64,000 nt of DNA, from contig JBHLNF010000001.1 of the NCBI GenBank assembly GCA_048937405.1, positions 544,001 through 608,000 of the forward strand, in the 5' to 3' direction. Positions 1 to 9,793 of this stretch are shown here, in pieces. Below the pieces are notes generated by a model, which searched no databases, had not been told where the DNA came from, and saw nothing but the letters and a program-made list of their open reading frames with translations. Position 1 is the first letter of the stretch. Every line of letters starts with the position of its first letter. A program made the translations under genes and the position numbers. Source of the DNA: Promethearchaeota archaeon (GTDB taxonomy: Archaea; Asgardarchaeota; Lokiarchaeia; Sigyniarchaeales; SOKP01).

Positions 1-378
1 TGCAAAGGATGAAATTATAAAGTCAAAATCATTTTCACTTAGACCATTTTCAATTAATTCCTGAAAACTCATATGGACATAATTAATTTTAGATAAATAA
101 CTTAGATTTTGTTCTGCCTTTTTTAACATATTTTTAGAACCATCAATAACAGTTATTTCATTTACAGGATTGTCATTATTGAATAAAGTTTTAATAAGGA
201 TTCCATCTCCAGTTCCTAAATCTAAAATTTTCTTTGGTTCTCCATTAAAGATAAATTTTTGATAAAATGATGTTAATATAGATAATAATGTCTTTCTATA
301 TGGAATGATAATATCTGCGATTTCTAAATAATCCTTATTATACTCTAATTCATCCCAATTTTTTGAATAATCTTTCAT
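1..378 (-). CDS. Class I SAM-dependent methyltransferase (5' part; runs off window edge)
   Basis: Manual translation from ATG 378: MKDYSKNWDELEY...PKKILDLGTGDG (SAM motif I); not in ORF track. Confidence 0.8.
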   Translation of the reverse strand, partial: MKDYSKNWDELEYNKDYLEIADIIIPYRKTLLSILTSFYQKFIFNGEPKKILDLGTGDGILIKTLFNNDNPVNEITVIDGSKNMLKKAEQNLSYLSKINYVHMSFQELIENGLSENDFDFIISSFA

Positions 379-555
379 AAGCAATCTATAATAATAAAAG
401 TACGAGACTATTTTTAAAATTCTTTTAATGCACTAATGTCTAATTGTGCAATAATTTCGCTTTATTTCATTTTTTAAGGATAGAAATAAGATTATTTCAA
501 GAAATTTCAATTATGATAAAAAAGAAATAGATACAATTTCAAATTTAATAAATAA

Positions 556-990
556 TTATATACTAATTTTGTTGAGAAAAGATACTTTTAAACCCAATTC
601 TTGGTGTAATAAGTTAAGATACAAATCAAACTGCTTTTTAACAATTTCATAATGAGTAAATTTTCCTTTTTTAAAGCTTCTTATAAGTCCAACGCTTTCA
701 AGAATTCGAAGATGATGTGATATTGATGGTTGTGATTTATCTAAGATTGCTTCTAGTTCACAAACACAATGGTCATTATCTTTTAAAATCATAACTATTT
801 TTAAACGTTCTTTGTTTCCAATAGCATAACAGAATTCCGAAATATTCTTAAAATTGTCATATTCTTCTAAATTCTTTCCAAAATCTTGTAAATCACGGAA
901 GTAGGAATTAACATCGACTTTATACATATTAACACAACTTTCTAGGGAATTAATAATCTCAATAGTGCGCTTTTTATTAATATTGTTCAC
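556..990 (-). CDS. arsR: ArsR/SmtB family metalloregulator
   Basis: ERLKIV..L, CVCEL arsenite-binding motif, SQPSISHHLRILE HTH; divergent from acr3. Confidence 0.9.
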   Translation of the reverse strand: MNNINKKRTIEIINSLESCVNMYKVDVNSYFRDLQDFGKNLEEYDNFKNISEFCYAIGNKERLKIVMILKDNDHCVCELEAILDKSQPSISHHLRILESVGLIRSFKKGKFTHYEIVKKQFDLYLNLLHQELGLKVSFLNKISI

Positions 991-1187
991 CCAAATCTTT
1001 AAAAGTAGTTAAATTTACATATATTTTTTATATATTAAATAAAAGGTATATAGATTAATATAAATATTTCGCTAATTCTTTTAAATCCAAATATTTTTAT
1101 TTGATGCATTTCATAAATATTTCAACCTGTACAAATAAAGTTTAAGTTTTAAATAATTTAATTTTATACAGAATTTGGTGAAAATGG

Positions 1188-2243
1188 ATGAGTATTTCTG
1201 AAATAGAGGAAATATCTATAAAAAAGGAAACAGAATCCAAAGAACTTGGACTTTTTGAAAAATATCTTACTTTATGGGTTGCATTATGTATCATCATTGG
1301 GATTCTATTATCCCAGATTATTCCTGGAATAAGTCAAGCTATAAATGCTTTAAGTATCGGGCAAATATCAATACCAATTGGTATTTGTTTATTTCTAATG
1401 ATGTATCCAGCAATGTTGAACCTACAAGTTTCTGAATTAAAAAAATTAGGTAAAAACCCTAAACCAATAATCCTAACAATAATCTCTAATTGGTTAATTG
1501 CACCATTTGTTGGTTTGCTTATGGCTCGAATATTTGTACCTGGTTATGAACAATTAATCGTGGCAATCATTTTATTAAGTTCAAGTCCTTGTACAGCGAT
1601 GGTTTTAGTGTGGGGATGGATGGCTAAGGGGAATCAAGAACAGAATGTAGTAAACACAAGCCTTAACACGATTACTATAATATTTGGATATGCTCCTATG
1701 GTAACGCTATTAACTGGCATACAAAATATACCTATAGATTGGGTCTTATTATTGGTTTCGATTTTCATTTTCATTGGACTTCCATTACTATTAGGAATTA
1801 TCAGTAAAAGGCTTCTAATATCTTCCAAAGGTGAAAATTGGTTTAATGATACATATAGACCTACAGTCGGAAAAATATCAATTATTGCCTTACTGACAAC
1901 TTTGATAGTTCTTTTTTCTATGAATGGGGATGTTTTAATAAATAATCCAGATCTCTTATTACTTGTATCAATTCCACTCTTAGTTGGATTTTTTATAGTT
2001 GTTGGTTATAATATCCTTATTACAAAAATTTTTAAATTGAGGTATAAGGAAGCAATTATAACTGTAATAATTGGATCATCAAGCCATTTTGAAATTGCTA
2101 TTGCTACTGCTATTGCTATATACGGAATTGGTTCAATTGCGGCATTAGGAACAACAATGGGGCTTTTTTGGGAGGTACCAGTTATGCTTTCGATAGTATA
2201 TTTAGGTAGATATCTAAAAAAAAGAGGTTTTTGGAAATCCTAA
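1188..2243 (+). CDS. acr3: Acr3 family arsenite efflux transporter
   Basis: FEKYLTLWV, MMYP, PCTAMVLVW, SSHFEIAIA, EVPVM motifs; ~10 TM segments. Confidence 0.95.
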   Translation: MSISEIEEISIKKETESKELGLFEKYLTLWVALCIIIGILLSQIIPGISQAINALSIGQISIPIGICLFLMMYPAMLNLQVSELKKLGKNPKPIILTIISNWLIAPFVGLLMARIFVPGYEQLIVAIILLSSSPCTAMVLVWGWMAKGNQEQNVVNTSLNTITIIFGYAPMVTLLTGIQNIPIDWVLLLVSIFIFIGLPLLLGIISKRLLISSKGENWFNDTYRPTVGKISIIALLTTLIVLFSMNGDVLINNPDLLLLVSIPLLVGFFIVVGYNILITKIFKLRYKEAIITVIIGSSSHFEIAIATAIAIYGIGSIAALGTTMGLFWEVPVMLSIVYLGRYLKKRGFWKS

Positions 2244-2319
2244 TCTTTTTAATTTTAGAGCATATTATTAGATAAAGAATAAAAATCTTGAAAAATCAAA
2301 AAGAATATTGTGAATAATT

Positions 2320-2499
2320 ATGGATGAAAAAGAAATGAATGAGCAAATAGTTAAGATAATAAGTGAAGCTATTGAACAAACCTCTCATTCGAGCTGTATT
2401 CATTCAGATTCTCATTGTATTGAGGAAAAACCAGATTCGGAATCAAAATCTATTCAATGTGGAACCAATAAATGCAAAGGACTGCATAGTGAGAATTAA
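2320..2499 (+). CDS. Small Cys/His-rich protein (59 aa), unannotated
   Basis: ATG 2320 to TAA 2499, MDEKEMNEQIVKIISEAIEQTSHSSCIHSDSHCIEE...QCGTNKCKGLHSEN; fills the gap between acr3 and the next gene. Confidence 0.55.
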   Translation: MDEKEMNEQIVKIISEAIEQTSHSSCIHSDSHCIEEKPDSESKSIQCGTNKCKGLHSEN

Positions 2500-2522
2500 A
2501 ACATTTTTTTGGTGATATCGAA

Positions 2523-2804
2523 ATGAACAATGAAAAAGTTACAGAAAAATTAAAAGTTGATATTTATGTCCCTCTCGATGCGTGTGCATGCGAATGGGAT
2601 AAATTTATGAATCGAGTTTTTGTTGAACTTACGCCTTATATAAAGTACATTGATTTTGACACCAAAAATCTTAATTCAGAGGAAGCAAGAGAACTTAACA
2701 TAAGGAATCAATGCGTAATAATTAATGGAGATAAGAAATTTACGTCAACCTTTACACTTAAAAGAGAACTACCAAATATTCTTAAAGCTGAAGGTCTTAT
2801 TTAG
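2523..2804 (+). CDS. Small thioredoxin-fold/ArsD-like protein with CxC motif
   Basis: VDIYVPLDACACEW, later CVIING; GGTGA SD; ars locus context. Confidence 0.55.
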   Translation: MNNEKVTEKLKVDIYVPLDACACEWDKFMNRVFVELTPYIKYIDFDTKNLNSEEARELNIRNQCVIINGDKKFTSTFTLKRELPNILKAEGLI

Positions 2805-2838
2805 AATTTAATAATACTATTTTTAATATGTTTTTAAG

Positions 2839-3303
2839 GTGATTTTGGAAATTAAGAAAATTAAATTAACGATATTTGCACCAGATCCAGAAAAGAAATT
2901 GTCAAAAGGACTTGATTATGATTTGGAAATAGGCGATAATGGAACTATTATTGACGCATTAAGCTTATTAGATAAAAAAATTTATGATAATATCGAAGAT
3001 ACTATATTCCCAATTTATAAAGGCTTAATTAAAAGTTATCTTCAACTAATTTGGGATGCTGAGGAAAATATAATTTATGAGGATTGTGCTGTAAACGCTT
3101 ATGGTCCTCATAAAGAGTTCATGGCTTTACATGATGATATTAACTTTAATTTATATCCTAATAGTGAAATAACTATCGCTGTCCATGCTGATTGATGAGC
3201 TGATGTAATGAAAGAGAGATTAGATTATGGGACATTTAAAAGGATTATTATGAAAAAATATGGAAAAGATCATAAGAGTTTCGCCCATTATTTTAATTTA
3301 TAA
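2839..3303 (+). CDS. Putative selenoprotein, ThiS/MoaD-like beta-grasp protein with tandem in-frame UGA-UGA (3193-3198)
   Basis: ORF track stops at 3195, but GAT-TGA-TGA is followed by 34 open codons to TAA 3303 and a SECIS 14 nt later. Confidence 0.65.
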
Positions 3304-3316
3304 AAAATTAATTAAG

Positions 3317-3358
3317 TTGGATGAAATCTTTTAATAAAAATTAGTAAAAGATTGACAA
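3317..3358 (+). ncRNA. Eukaryote-type SECIS element (cis RNA hairpin)
   Basis: TTG-g-ATGA-a-ATCTTTTA-at-AAAAA-ttag-TAAAAGAT-t-GA-CAA: AUGA/GA core, 8-bp helix II, apical As. Confidence 0.8.
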
Positions 3359-3409
3359 GAGGATTGCCTCCTTTAAGAATCAAATTTATTCGAAAGAAGA
3401 TATGTCATT

Positions 3410-5866
3410 TTATCCAGTAAACTGTGTTTGTACTTGTTCATACAAGTTCTTCTTATAAATAATTTTCACTCCAGACCTAGCAGCAATAAAGATTATTATA
3501 ATAGGGATCAGAAACGTGCCAAGATATGTAAACATTGTAAACCTCGGAAAGATCGCAAATTCATCTTGATATGCATTAATCATATAGTTTGCTACTAGTG
3601 GTATTGATAAAAGTGCAATCATGACTGCAATAAGGGTCCAGATAAGATTTTCAAATAATATTTGCATATATATTTTCTTTTTCTTGACACCAAGGCTTCG
3701 CAATACTCCATATTCATTTTCATGTTCTGTAATCTTCATTAGTGTAGAATTGATCAATATAAATAATTCAACAATTCCTGCAAATCCTACGACAACACCG
3801 ATAAATGGGATTAATAAATCTCCGTATATCTTTATTTGGTTTATTAAATCTGCCATCGGTTGAACTAATGAGATCTTATCAGATATATTATATATATCAT
3901 TGATAAATTCTGATTCATCATTAGGAGTAGAGGAATAGGATATGAAGAGGACATTTATTTTTTCAAGCTGATTTGAAAAGTGCTGAGCAGAATCCAATAA
4001 AACATAACAAGTTGTCATAATTTCTTTGGTAATTCCAACAATTATGAATTGTTTCTTATTTCCTAAAGGGTTATAAATTGTGATGTTTTCTCCAATATCT
4101 AATCCCAATTTACGTGAAATATGGTCTGAAATTATAATTTCGTCATTACTTTGATAAAGTCGACTGGATCCTCCATTCTTATTAATGAAGTTGAAATTAT
4201 GTAATGATTGATTCGATTTAAGCCCCAATAAAATTCCTGTTTGATTGTCAGCTTCATTTTGGGGATTCTCAAATAGCAGAGTTAATTTAAGTGCTGATTC
4301 TGTTTTTTCAATATCTGGTAAACTACTGATATCTTGCATCTCAGATCCTTTATCATCCATTCCGATTGAAAAAGTTACACTCATATCCCATTTTTCTGTT
4401 AATCTTATTGCATTATTGGTCGTATAGTGTACACTATCCCACATTAAAAGCATTGAGCTTACAATTATTATGGAAAATGTGATTCCGATCATTGTTAGAG
4501 CTGTATTACGTGGATTTTTCCTAAAATTCCTCCAAAATAATTTGGTTGATGGGCGCATCCTGGTTTTATCTCTTCTTGCTAATTTAAATCTTTTTTTATG
4601 ATGTTTAAATCCTTCAGATCCTTGTTGCTTATAAACTAAATCAACCATATTTTTCTTCATCATTTTATAAATGGGAGGAATCATTGATAAAATACCAATT
4701 GTTAAACTTAATAAAAAAGCCTCAATAATTAAAGCAAATGAGAATGGAAAAAGGATTGTTGTCCCTAGAATTCCTGTACCCATTTCAATCATCATTTCTT
4801 CGATTAGTACATAAGCAAACACAATACTAATTACAGTTGATATCAGCGTAATTTGTAATAACAGTACAATAAATGATTTGGATATCTTTTTCTTGGAGTA
4901 TCCCAGGCATCCGAGAATGCCTATTTGTTTTTGTTGGGACGTGATAAATTGTCTATAAATCGACATATTCGCTGTTAGTGCCATTATAATCGCAAGAATT
5001 AAAATTATAAAAAATACTTGCGTACTTCCTTCCAAATCACTCATTACATAATTCCATGCATAACTCTTCTCAAACGGAGTGCTTGAGATTAATTGAATAC
5101 CGAGACTACCAAATTTATCTTCTATTTCCCTATTTATATCATCTTGATTAGCATTCGCATCAAATACAACCTGTAATTGGTTAAATTGATATGACACATA
5201 TGGAAAAAATAATAACGGATTAGAAGCATTAACTATTTGGATTAAATCGTTTACATCTACAAATCCAATACCCATTGACCCTTTTATAGGAAATAATACT
5301 TCAGGTGCGGTATTGGTCATCGTAAATTCAATGCTCCAAAAAACTCCTTTGATCGTAAAGTTAGCATTTCCTAATGATTCAATAGTAAGATTCTCTAAAT
5401 TTTTGAGATTTCGTGCCTTAAAAAATTCTTTTGAAAGTAATATCATATGGTAATCAACAGGTTGCAGATTACTTCCAGACTGTAATTCATAATGATATAT
5501 CGGTAAATTTTCTGTGTCAGAAAAAGATGATGACACATTAATTCCGATTAATCGTATTAGATATGTTTGTGGGTCATCCTTTATCTTAATCGGGAATTGA
5601 AATACAAGTCGGGGTACAATATCTTTTACTCCAGGTATTGATCTAATCTCTGATGCGACACTTGAATTAAATCCTGAAGTAATATATTCATAATCTGCCC
5701 GATCTGCATCTCTATAGAGATCTCCAAACAGCGGTTTAATAGAAGAAAAGATTTGAAAGATTCCAACGGCAAAACCAATACATAGAGATAATATAATAAT
5801 TAAAATTATCCTTCGCTTTCCTAACCTTTTTAAATCTTTCCAAGGTTTTTTATTGATTAATTTCAT
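3410..5866 (-). CDS. FtsX/MacB-like ABC transporter permease (two FtsX repeats)
   Basis: IGILGCLGYSKKKI and YGVLRSLGVKKKKI motifs, two large extracellular domains. Confidence 0.85.
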   Translation of the reverse strand: MKLINKKPWKDLKRLGKRRIILIIILSLCIGFAVGIFQIFSSIKPLFGDLYRDADRADYEYITSGFNSSVASEIRSIPGVKDIVPRLVFQFPIKIKDDPQTYLIRLIGINVSSSFSDTENLPIYHYELQSGSNLQPVDYHMILLSKEFFKARNLKNLENLTIESLGNANFTIKGVFWSIEFTMTNTAPEVLFPIKGSMGIGFVDVNDLIQIVNASNPLLFFPYVSYQFNQLQVVFDANANQDDINREIEDKFGSLGIQLISSTPFEKSYAWNYVMSDLEGSTQVFFIILILAIIMALTANMSIYRQFITSQQKQIGILGCLGYSKKKISKSFIVLLLQITLISTVISIVFAYVLIEEMMIEMGTGILGTTILFPFSFALIIEAFLLSLTIGILSMIPPIYKMMKKNMVDLVYKQQGSEGFKHHKKRFKLARRDKTRMRPSTKLFWRNFRKNPRNTALTMIGITFSIIIVSSMLLMWDSVHYTTNNAIRLTEKWDMSVTFSIGMDDKGSEMQDISSLPDIEKTESALKLTLLFENPQNEADNQTGILLGLKSNQSLHNFNFINKNGGSSRLYQSNDEIIISDHISRKLGLDIGENITIYNPLGNKKQFIIVGITKEIMTTCYVLLDSAQHFSNQLEKINVLFISYSSTPNDESEFINDIYNISDKISLVQPMADLINQIKIYGDLLIPFIGVVVGFAGIVELFILINSTLMKITEHENEYGVLRSLGVKKKKIYMQILFENLIWTLIAVMIALLSIPLVANYMINAYQDEFAIFPRFTMFTYLGTFLIPIIIIFIAARSGVKIIYKKNLYEQVQTQFTG

Positions 5867-5894
5867 TTCAAAAGCCTCTCTCTATTTTTGATTA

Positions 5895-6650
5895 TTATTC
5901 TGAATCAGTTATAATTTTACCATTCCGTATATGAATCTCTCTTGATTGTAATTTTTCTGTCAGTAAAGGATTATGGGTAACAACTATAAAAGTTGCATTA
6001 TAATCTGTTGCTATTTTCTTAATTAATTCAAGAATTTGATCACCCGTCTTCTCATCGATATTTCCAGTAGGTTCGTCCATCAGAATGAGGAGATTACCTT
6101 CTGCAAACTCTTCCTTCGCTAAAGCCCGGGCTATAGTGACTCTTTGTTGTTGACCACCACTAAGTTCAGAAGGGAGGTGATCTAATCGATCACTCAACCC
6201 GACAGCTTCGAGATATTTTAAAGCAATTTTTCGAATCTCTTCTTTCTTTCCAAAAGTTTCAATTGCGATTTCTACATTTTCCAATGCCGTCAAGGAAGGT
6301 AATAAATTGAAGAATTGGAAAACAAAACCTACTTTTTTTTTTCTATACTCCGCGAGTTGATTAGGTGATAATTTACTTATGAGCTCATTAAAAACACTTA
6401 TTTCTCCAGATGTGGGTGAATCAATGCCACCCAATAAATTTAACAAGGTTGTTTTACCTGCTCCAGATGGACCTAGCAATGTTATTAATTCTCCTGATTT
6501 GATTTTTAAATTTATATTATCCAATGCAGTAACCTTATTTTCACCCATAGTATAAATTTTACTCACATTATTCAAGATTAGGGATTGTTCTATCATATTA
6601 ATCATTAAATTTACATTATATATGTCCTTTAATTTATATTTATGAAACAA
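5895..6650 (-). CDS. LolD/MacB-type ABC ATP-binding protein (true start probably ATG 6605 or 6596)
   Basis: GPSGAGKTT, FQFFNLL, LSGGQQQRV, DEPTGN. Confidence 0.93.
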   Translation of the reverse strand: MFHKYKLKDIYNVNLMINMIEQSLILNNVSKIYTMGENKVTALDNINLKIKSGELITLLGPSGAGKTTLLNLLGGIDSPTSGEISVFNELISKLSPNQLAEYRKKKVGFVFQFFNLLPSLTALENVEIAIETFGKKEEIRKIALKYLEAVGLSDRLDHLPSELSGGQQQRVTIARALAKEEFAEGNLLILMDEPTGNIDEKTGDQILELIKKIATDYNATFIVVTHNPLLTEKLQSREIHIRNGKIITDSE

Positions 6651-6889
6651 ATCTTATATTTAATATTACGTGTTATAAAAGTTCAGATTTTAATCATTAT
6701 AGTATATCTTAGGCTTTTTTTCATGAGATATTAAAAGCTCAGAAACCATTAAATAGACTATTAAAAATTTTAAGGATGTTTTAGTGGAATTATTAATCCC
6801 TTTGAATTTAATTTACTGTTAATATATTTAGGACCAATTGTTTATAATTTTATCATTGATTTAATAGTATAAATAAACAGTATTATTCA

Positions 6890-7492
6890 ATGGTAGATAA
6901 GAATTTTATATTAAAAATAAGGCAATTCGCTCTTGATAATTCAGAACAAGATGATATTCATGGTTTCTTACATGTTGAGCGCGTTCTTAACTTATGTCTC
7001 AAATTAGGAAAAAAATTAGATGCTAATTTATTAGTACTTGAAATTGCAGCTTTATTGCACGATATTGGAAGAAAATATAAAGATAAAAAAAATATTAATA
7101 AGAAGCATGCTGAATTATCAGCTGAGATGGCTTCTAAATTCTTAACCGCCCATGACTTTAAACTTTCTCAAGATTCTCTTGATAATATAAATCACTGCAT
7201 TAGAACTCATTCTTTCTCAAATAATATGAAACCTCAAACTCTTGAGGCAAAAATATTGTCCGATGCAGATAAAATAGATGCTCTAGGTGCAATAGGATTA
7301 TACAGGACAATAGGATTCACTATTACAAATAAAGGAGGAATTGACCAAGTTATTCAACATTTGGAAAATAAAATATTAAAATTAAGAGAATTATTATATC
7401 TAGATTTGAGTAAAAAAATCGCAGAAGCAAAACAACAAATAATAGTGGATTTCTACCAGAAAATTAAAGAAGAAATTATGGGTTTATATTAA
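6890..7492 (+). CDS. HD-domain phosphohydrolase
   Basis: HGFLHVERV, AALLHDIGR, SDADKIDALGAIG. Confidence 0.9.
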   Translation: MVDKNFILKIRQFALDNSEQDDIHGFLHVERVLNLCLKLGKKLDANLLVLEIAALLHDIGRKYKDKKNINKKHAELSAEMASKFLTAHDFKLSQDSLDNINHCIRTHSFSNNMKPQTLEAKILSDADKIDALGAIGLYRTIGFTITNKGGIDQVIQHLENKILKLRELLYLDLSKKIAEAKQQIIVDFYQKIKEEIMGLY

Positions 7493-7544
7493 TACAAATA
7501 AATAATTTTCTTAGTAAAAATAATTGATATAGTAAAGGATTTTT

Positions 7545-8012
7545 ATGCCCCAACTTGTTAAAAGTGGAAAATATATATTTGGATGGTCAAAAATAGGAAA
7601 TCAAGGTAAAATTAAAATTCCTCCCGAAGCTTTTCAAGAGTACAATTTATCAATTGATAAATCTGTTATCTTATTTTCAGGTAGTAAAACCTCAGGTGGA
7701 TTTGGATTAAGTTCTATGAGGATATTAAGAAATTCAGTTATGAATGAATTAATAGAAAAAAATCCTTTATTAGCTAATTATGAAATACCTGAGGGTGAAA
7801 TTATTGAATTCAAAAATAAAAAATATTGTTGGTTAAAAATCCAAGAAGATAAAAGTATAATTCTGCCAGAAAGAACTTTAAATGCTTTTGAAATTAATAA
7901 AAATGTTCATTTACTTTCTGGAAGAGGTAGCCATTTAGCGATTGGATTTATTGCAAAAGGATCAATATTTAAGGAAGCACAAAAACATCCTGAAATTGAA
8001 ATTTTTGAATGA
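7545..8012 (+). CDS. AbrB-like (swapped hairpin) protein
   Basis: GKYIFGWSKIGNQGKIKIPPEA resembles the AbrB G.i.IP motif, internally repeated. Confidence 0.55.
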   Translation: MPQLVKSGKYIFGWSKIGNQGKIKIPPEAFQEYNLSIDKSVILFSGSKTSGGFGLSSMRILRNSVMNELIEKNPLLANYEIPEGEIIEFKNKKYCWLKIQEDKSIILPERTLNAFEINKNVHLLSGRGSHLAIGFIAKGSIFKEAQKHPEIEIFE

Positions 8013-8035
8013 AGATTATCAAAATATTTAAATAG

Positions 8036-8085
8036 TATGATTCGTATGATCATATTGGTATGATCATACTAATATGAATTATGAA
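8036..8085. promoter_or_regulatory. Tandem TATGATCATA palindromes, putative AbrB-family operator
   Basis: Perfect palindromes at 8045-8054 and 8059-8068, plus extra TATGA half-sites immediately upstream of the AbrB gene. Confidence 0.5.
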
Positions 8086-8087
8086 AG

Positions 8088-8543
8088 GTGATTAAAATAA
8101 CTGAATTTCCCGATAAAAAAGGAAACTACTTTTTTGGTTCAGTAAAAGTTGGTGAACGTGGTCAAATTGTTATACCTCTTAAAGCAAGAGAGATTTTTGG
8201 GATTAATGCTAAAGATGATATACATATATTTGGAGAATTAAATAAAGGATTAGGTCTTACAAAAATGGAAATTGAGAAAAATGAATTTGAAAAGCATGAA
8301 TATTATTTTGGTACTGCTAAAGTAGGCGAAAGAGGGCAGATTGTTATTCCACAAAACGCTCGGGAGTCTTTTAAAATAAATCCTGGAGACTTAATCCTCG
8401 TATTTGGGGATATTAAAAAAGGACTTGGTCTAATGAAAGCCACAAGATTGAAAAATTTTGCTTTAAAACTATTTCAAGGATTTGGAAGTGGTTTAGGGGA
8501 AATTCAGGAAAATAATAAAGATGATTTAAATGGTGAACAATAA
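8088..8543 (+). CDS. AbrB/MazE/SpoVT DNA-binding protein with two tandem domains
   Basis: KVGERGQIVIP occurs twice. Confidence 0.9.
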   Translation: MIKITEFPDKKGNYFFGSVKVGERGQIVIPLKAREIFGINAKDDIHIFGELNKGLGLTKMEIEKNEFEKHEYYFGTAKVGERGQIVIPQNARESFKINPGDLILVFGDIKKGLGLMKATRLKNFALKLFQGFGSGLGEIQENNKDDLNGEQ

Positions 8544-9063
8544 AAAACAATCAAATTTAGATTTTAGATGTATGTCTTTTTTCTTTAAAATTCGAGATAT
8601 ATTTCATAATCCTATAAAAAAAATCGAAAATGCTGGTATTAAACAAGGAGAAACAGTATTAGATTATGGATGTGGTCCAGGAAGTTATTCTTTAGCTGCT
8701 GCTGAAAAAATAGGGACAATGGGAAAACTTATCGCAGCAGATATTCATCCATTAGCATTGAAAAGGGTGAGAAAGAAAGCAAAAAAAATGGGTTATAACA
8801 ATATTGAAACAATTCAGACAGATTGTGATACTAAATTGGCTGATGAAAGTATTGATCGAATAATTTGTTTTGATGTACTTCATGGAATCTCTAATACAAA
8901 TAACATTATAAAAGAATTTTATAGAGTTCTAAAGCCAAATTCGATACTCAGTCTTGATGATCATCATTATAATGAAGATCAAATAATTGATTTCATTACT
9001 TCTAAAGGACTCTTTAAATTATCTTATAGTAATGATAAACAATACAATTTTATTAAAATTTAA
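8530..9063 (+). CDS. Class I SAM-dependent methyltransferase
   Basis: VLDYGCGPG motif I; overlaps upstream gene. Confidence 0.9.
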   Translation: MVNNKKQSNLDFRCMSFFFKIRDIFHNPIKKIENAGIKQGETVLDYGCGPGSYSLAAAEKIGTMGKLIAADIHPLALKRVRKKAKKMGYNNIETIQTDCDTKLADESIDRIICFDVLHGISNTNNIIKEFYRVLKPNSILSLDDHHYNEDQIIDFITSKGLFKLSYSNDKQYNFIKI

Positions 9064-9121
9064 AAAATACAAAATTTGAGAAATCCCCTATAATCAAGAT
9101 ATTTACTGTGGGAATGTCAAA

Positions 9122-9682
9122 TCATTTTTTTTCTATTTTTCTATAATTTAAAACAGTTCCTTCTTCAATCCCGCTCCAATGAAACATCGGACGTTTAAAT
9201 TGCTCAACTAATTCAAAACCCATTTCTTTTATTAGTTTTTTGACTTTATTTAATTGGATTCCATAAGATCCTATATGAGTAGCAAAATAAGATAGAATAC
9301 CATAATTTATTTTTAAAATCCTATATATTTCGTTCAATAAATTAACTCGGTCATCCTTATCAATTAAATGATAAACATCATACATTAATACAACATCAAT
9401 AGAATTAGAATTCAAAGGAATCGATATCTCTTTCGAAGTTTTTATTATTTCAATATTAGAAATATTTTGATTTTTAATTTTATCAGATAATTCCTCTAAA
9501 ATATCTTCATCGTAATCAAGAGCATAAATTTTACCTTTATCTCCAACTATTTTTGAAGCAATTACAGAATATACACCTGAGCCACATCCAAAATCTAATA
9601 GATGTTGTCCACTTTTTATACCATAATCTCTAAGTATACTATCTCCCTTCAAATTTAGCCATTCTTCCATATGTAATTCCAC
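9122..9682 (-). CDS. Class I SAM-dependent methyltransferase
   Basis: LLDFGCGSG motif I, IYALD motif II. Confidence 0.9.
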   Translation of the reverse strand: MELHMEEWLNLKGDSILRDYGIKSGQHLLDFGCGSGVYSVIASKIVGDKGKIYALDYDEDILEELSDKIKNQNISNIEIIKTSKEISIPLNSNSIDVVLMYDVYHLIDKDDRVNLLNEIYRILKINYGILSYFATHIGSYGIQLNKVKKLIKEMGFELVEQFKRPMFHWSGIEEGTVLNYRKIEKK

Positions 9683-9793
9683 TTTTTCTATTTAATAAAA
9701 AAAAGTTTTTGTAAATTTCTAAATAAAAAAAAATTGTGTAAAATACACTAAAAATGCTTATGAGTTTTAAGATTAAAATTTTTCTTGTTTTCA

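Noticed and set aside
8010-8090. UGA stop of 7545-8012 is in frame with the next AbrB gene, suggesting readthrough fusion
   Set aside because: A second TGA and a TAA intervene in frame, there is no SECIS and no Cys-like context
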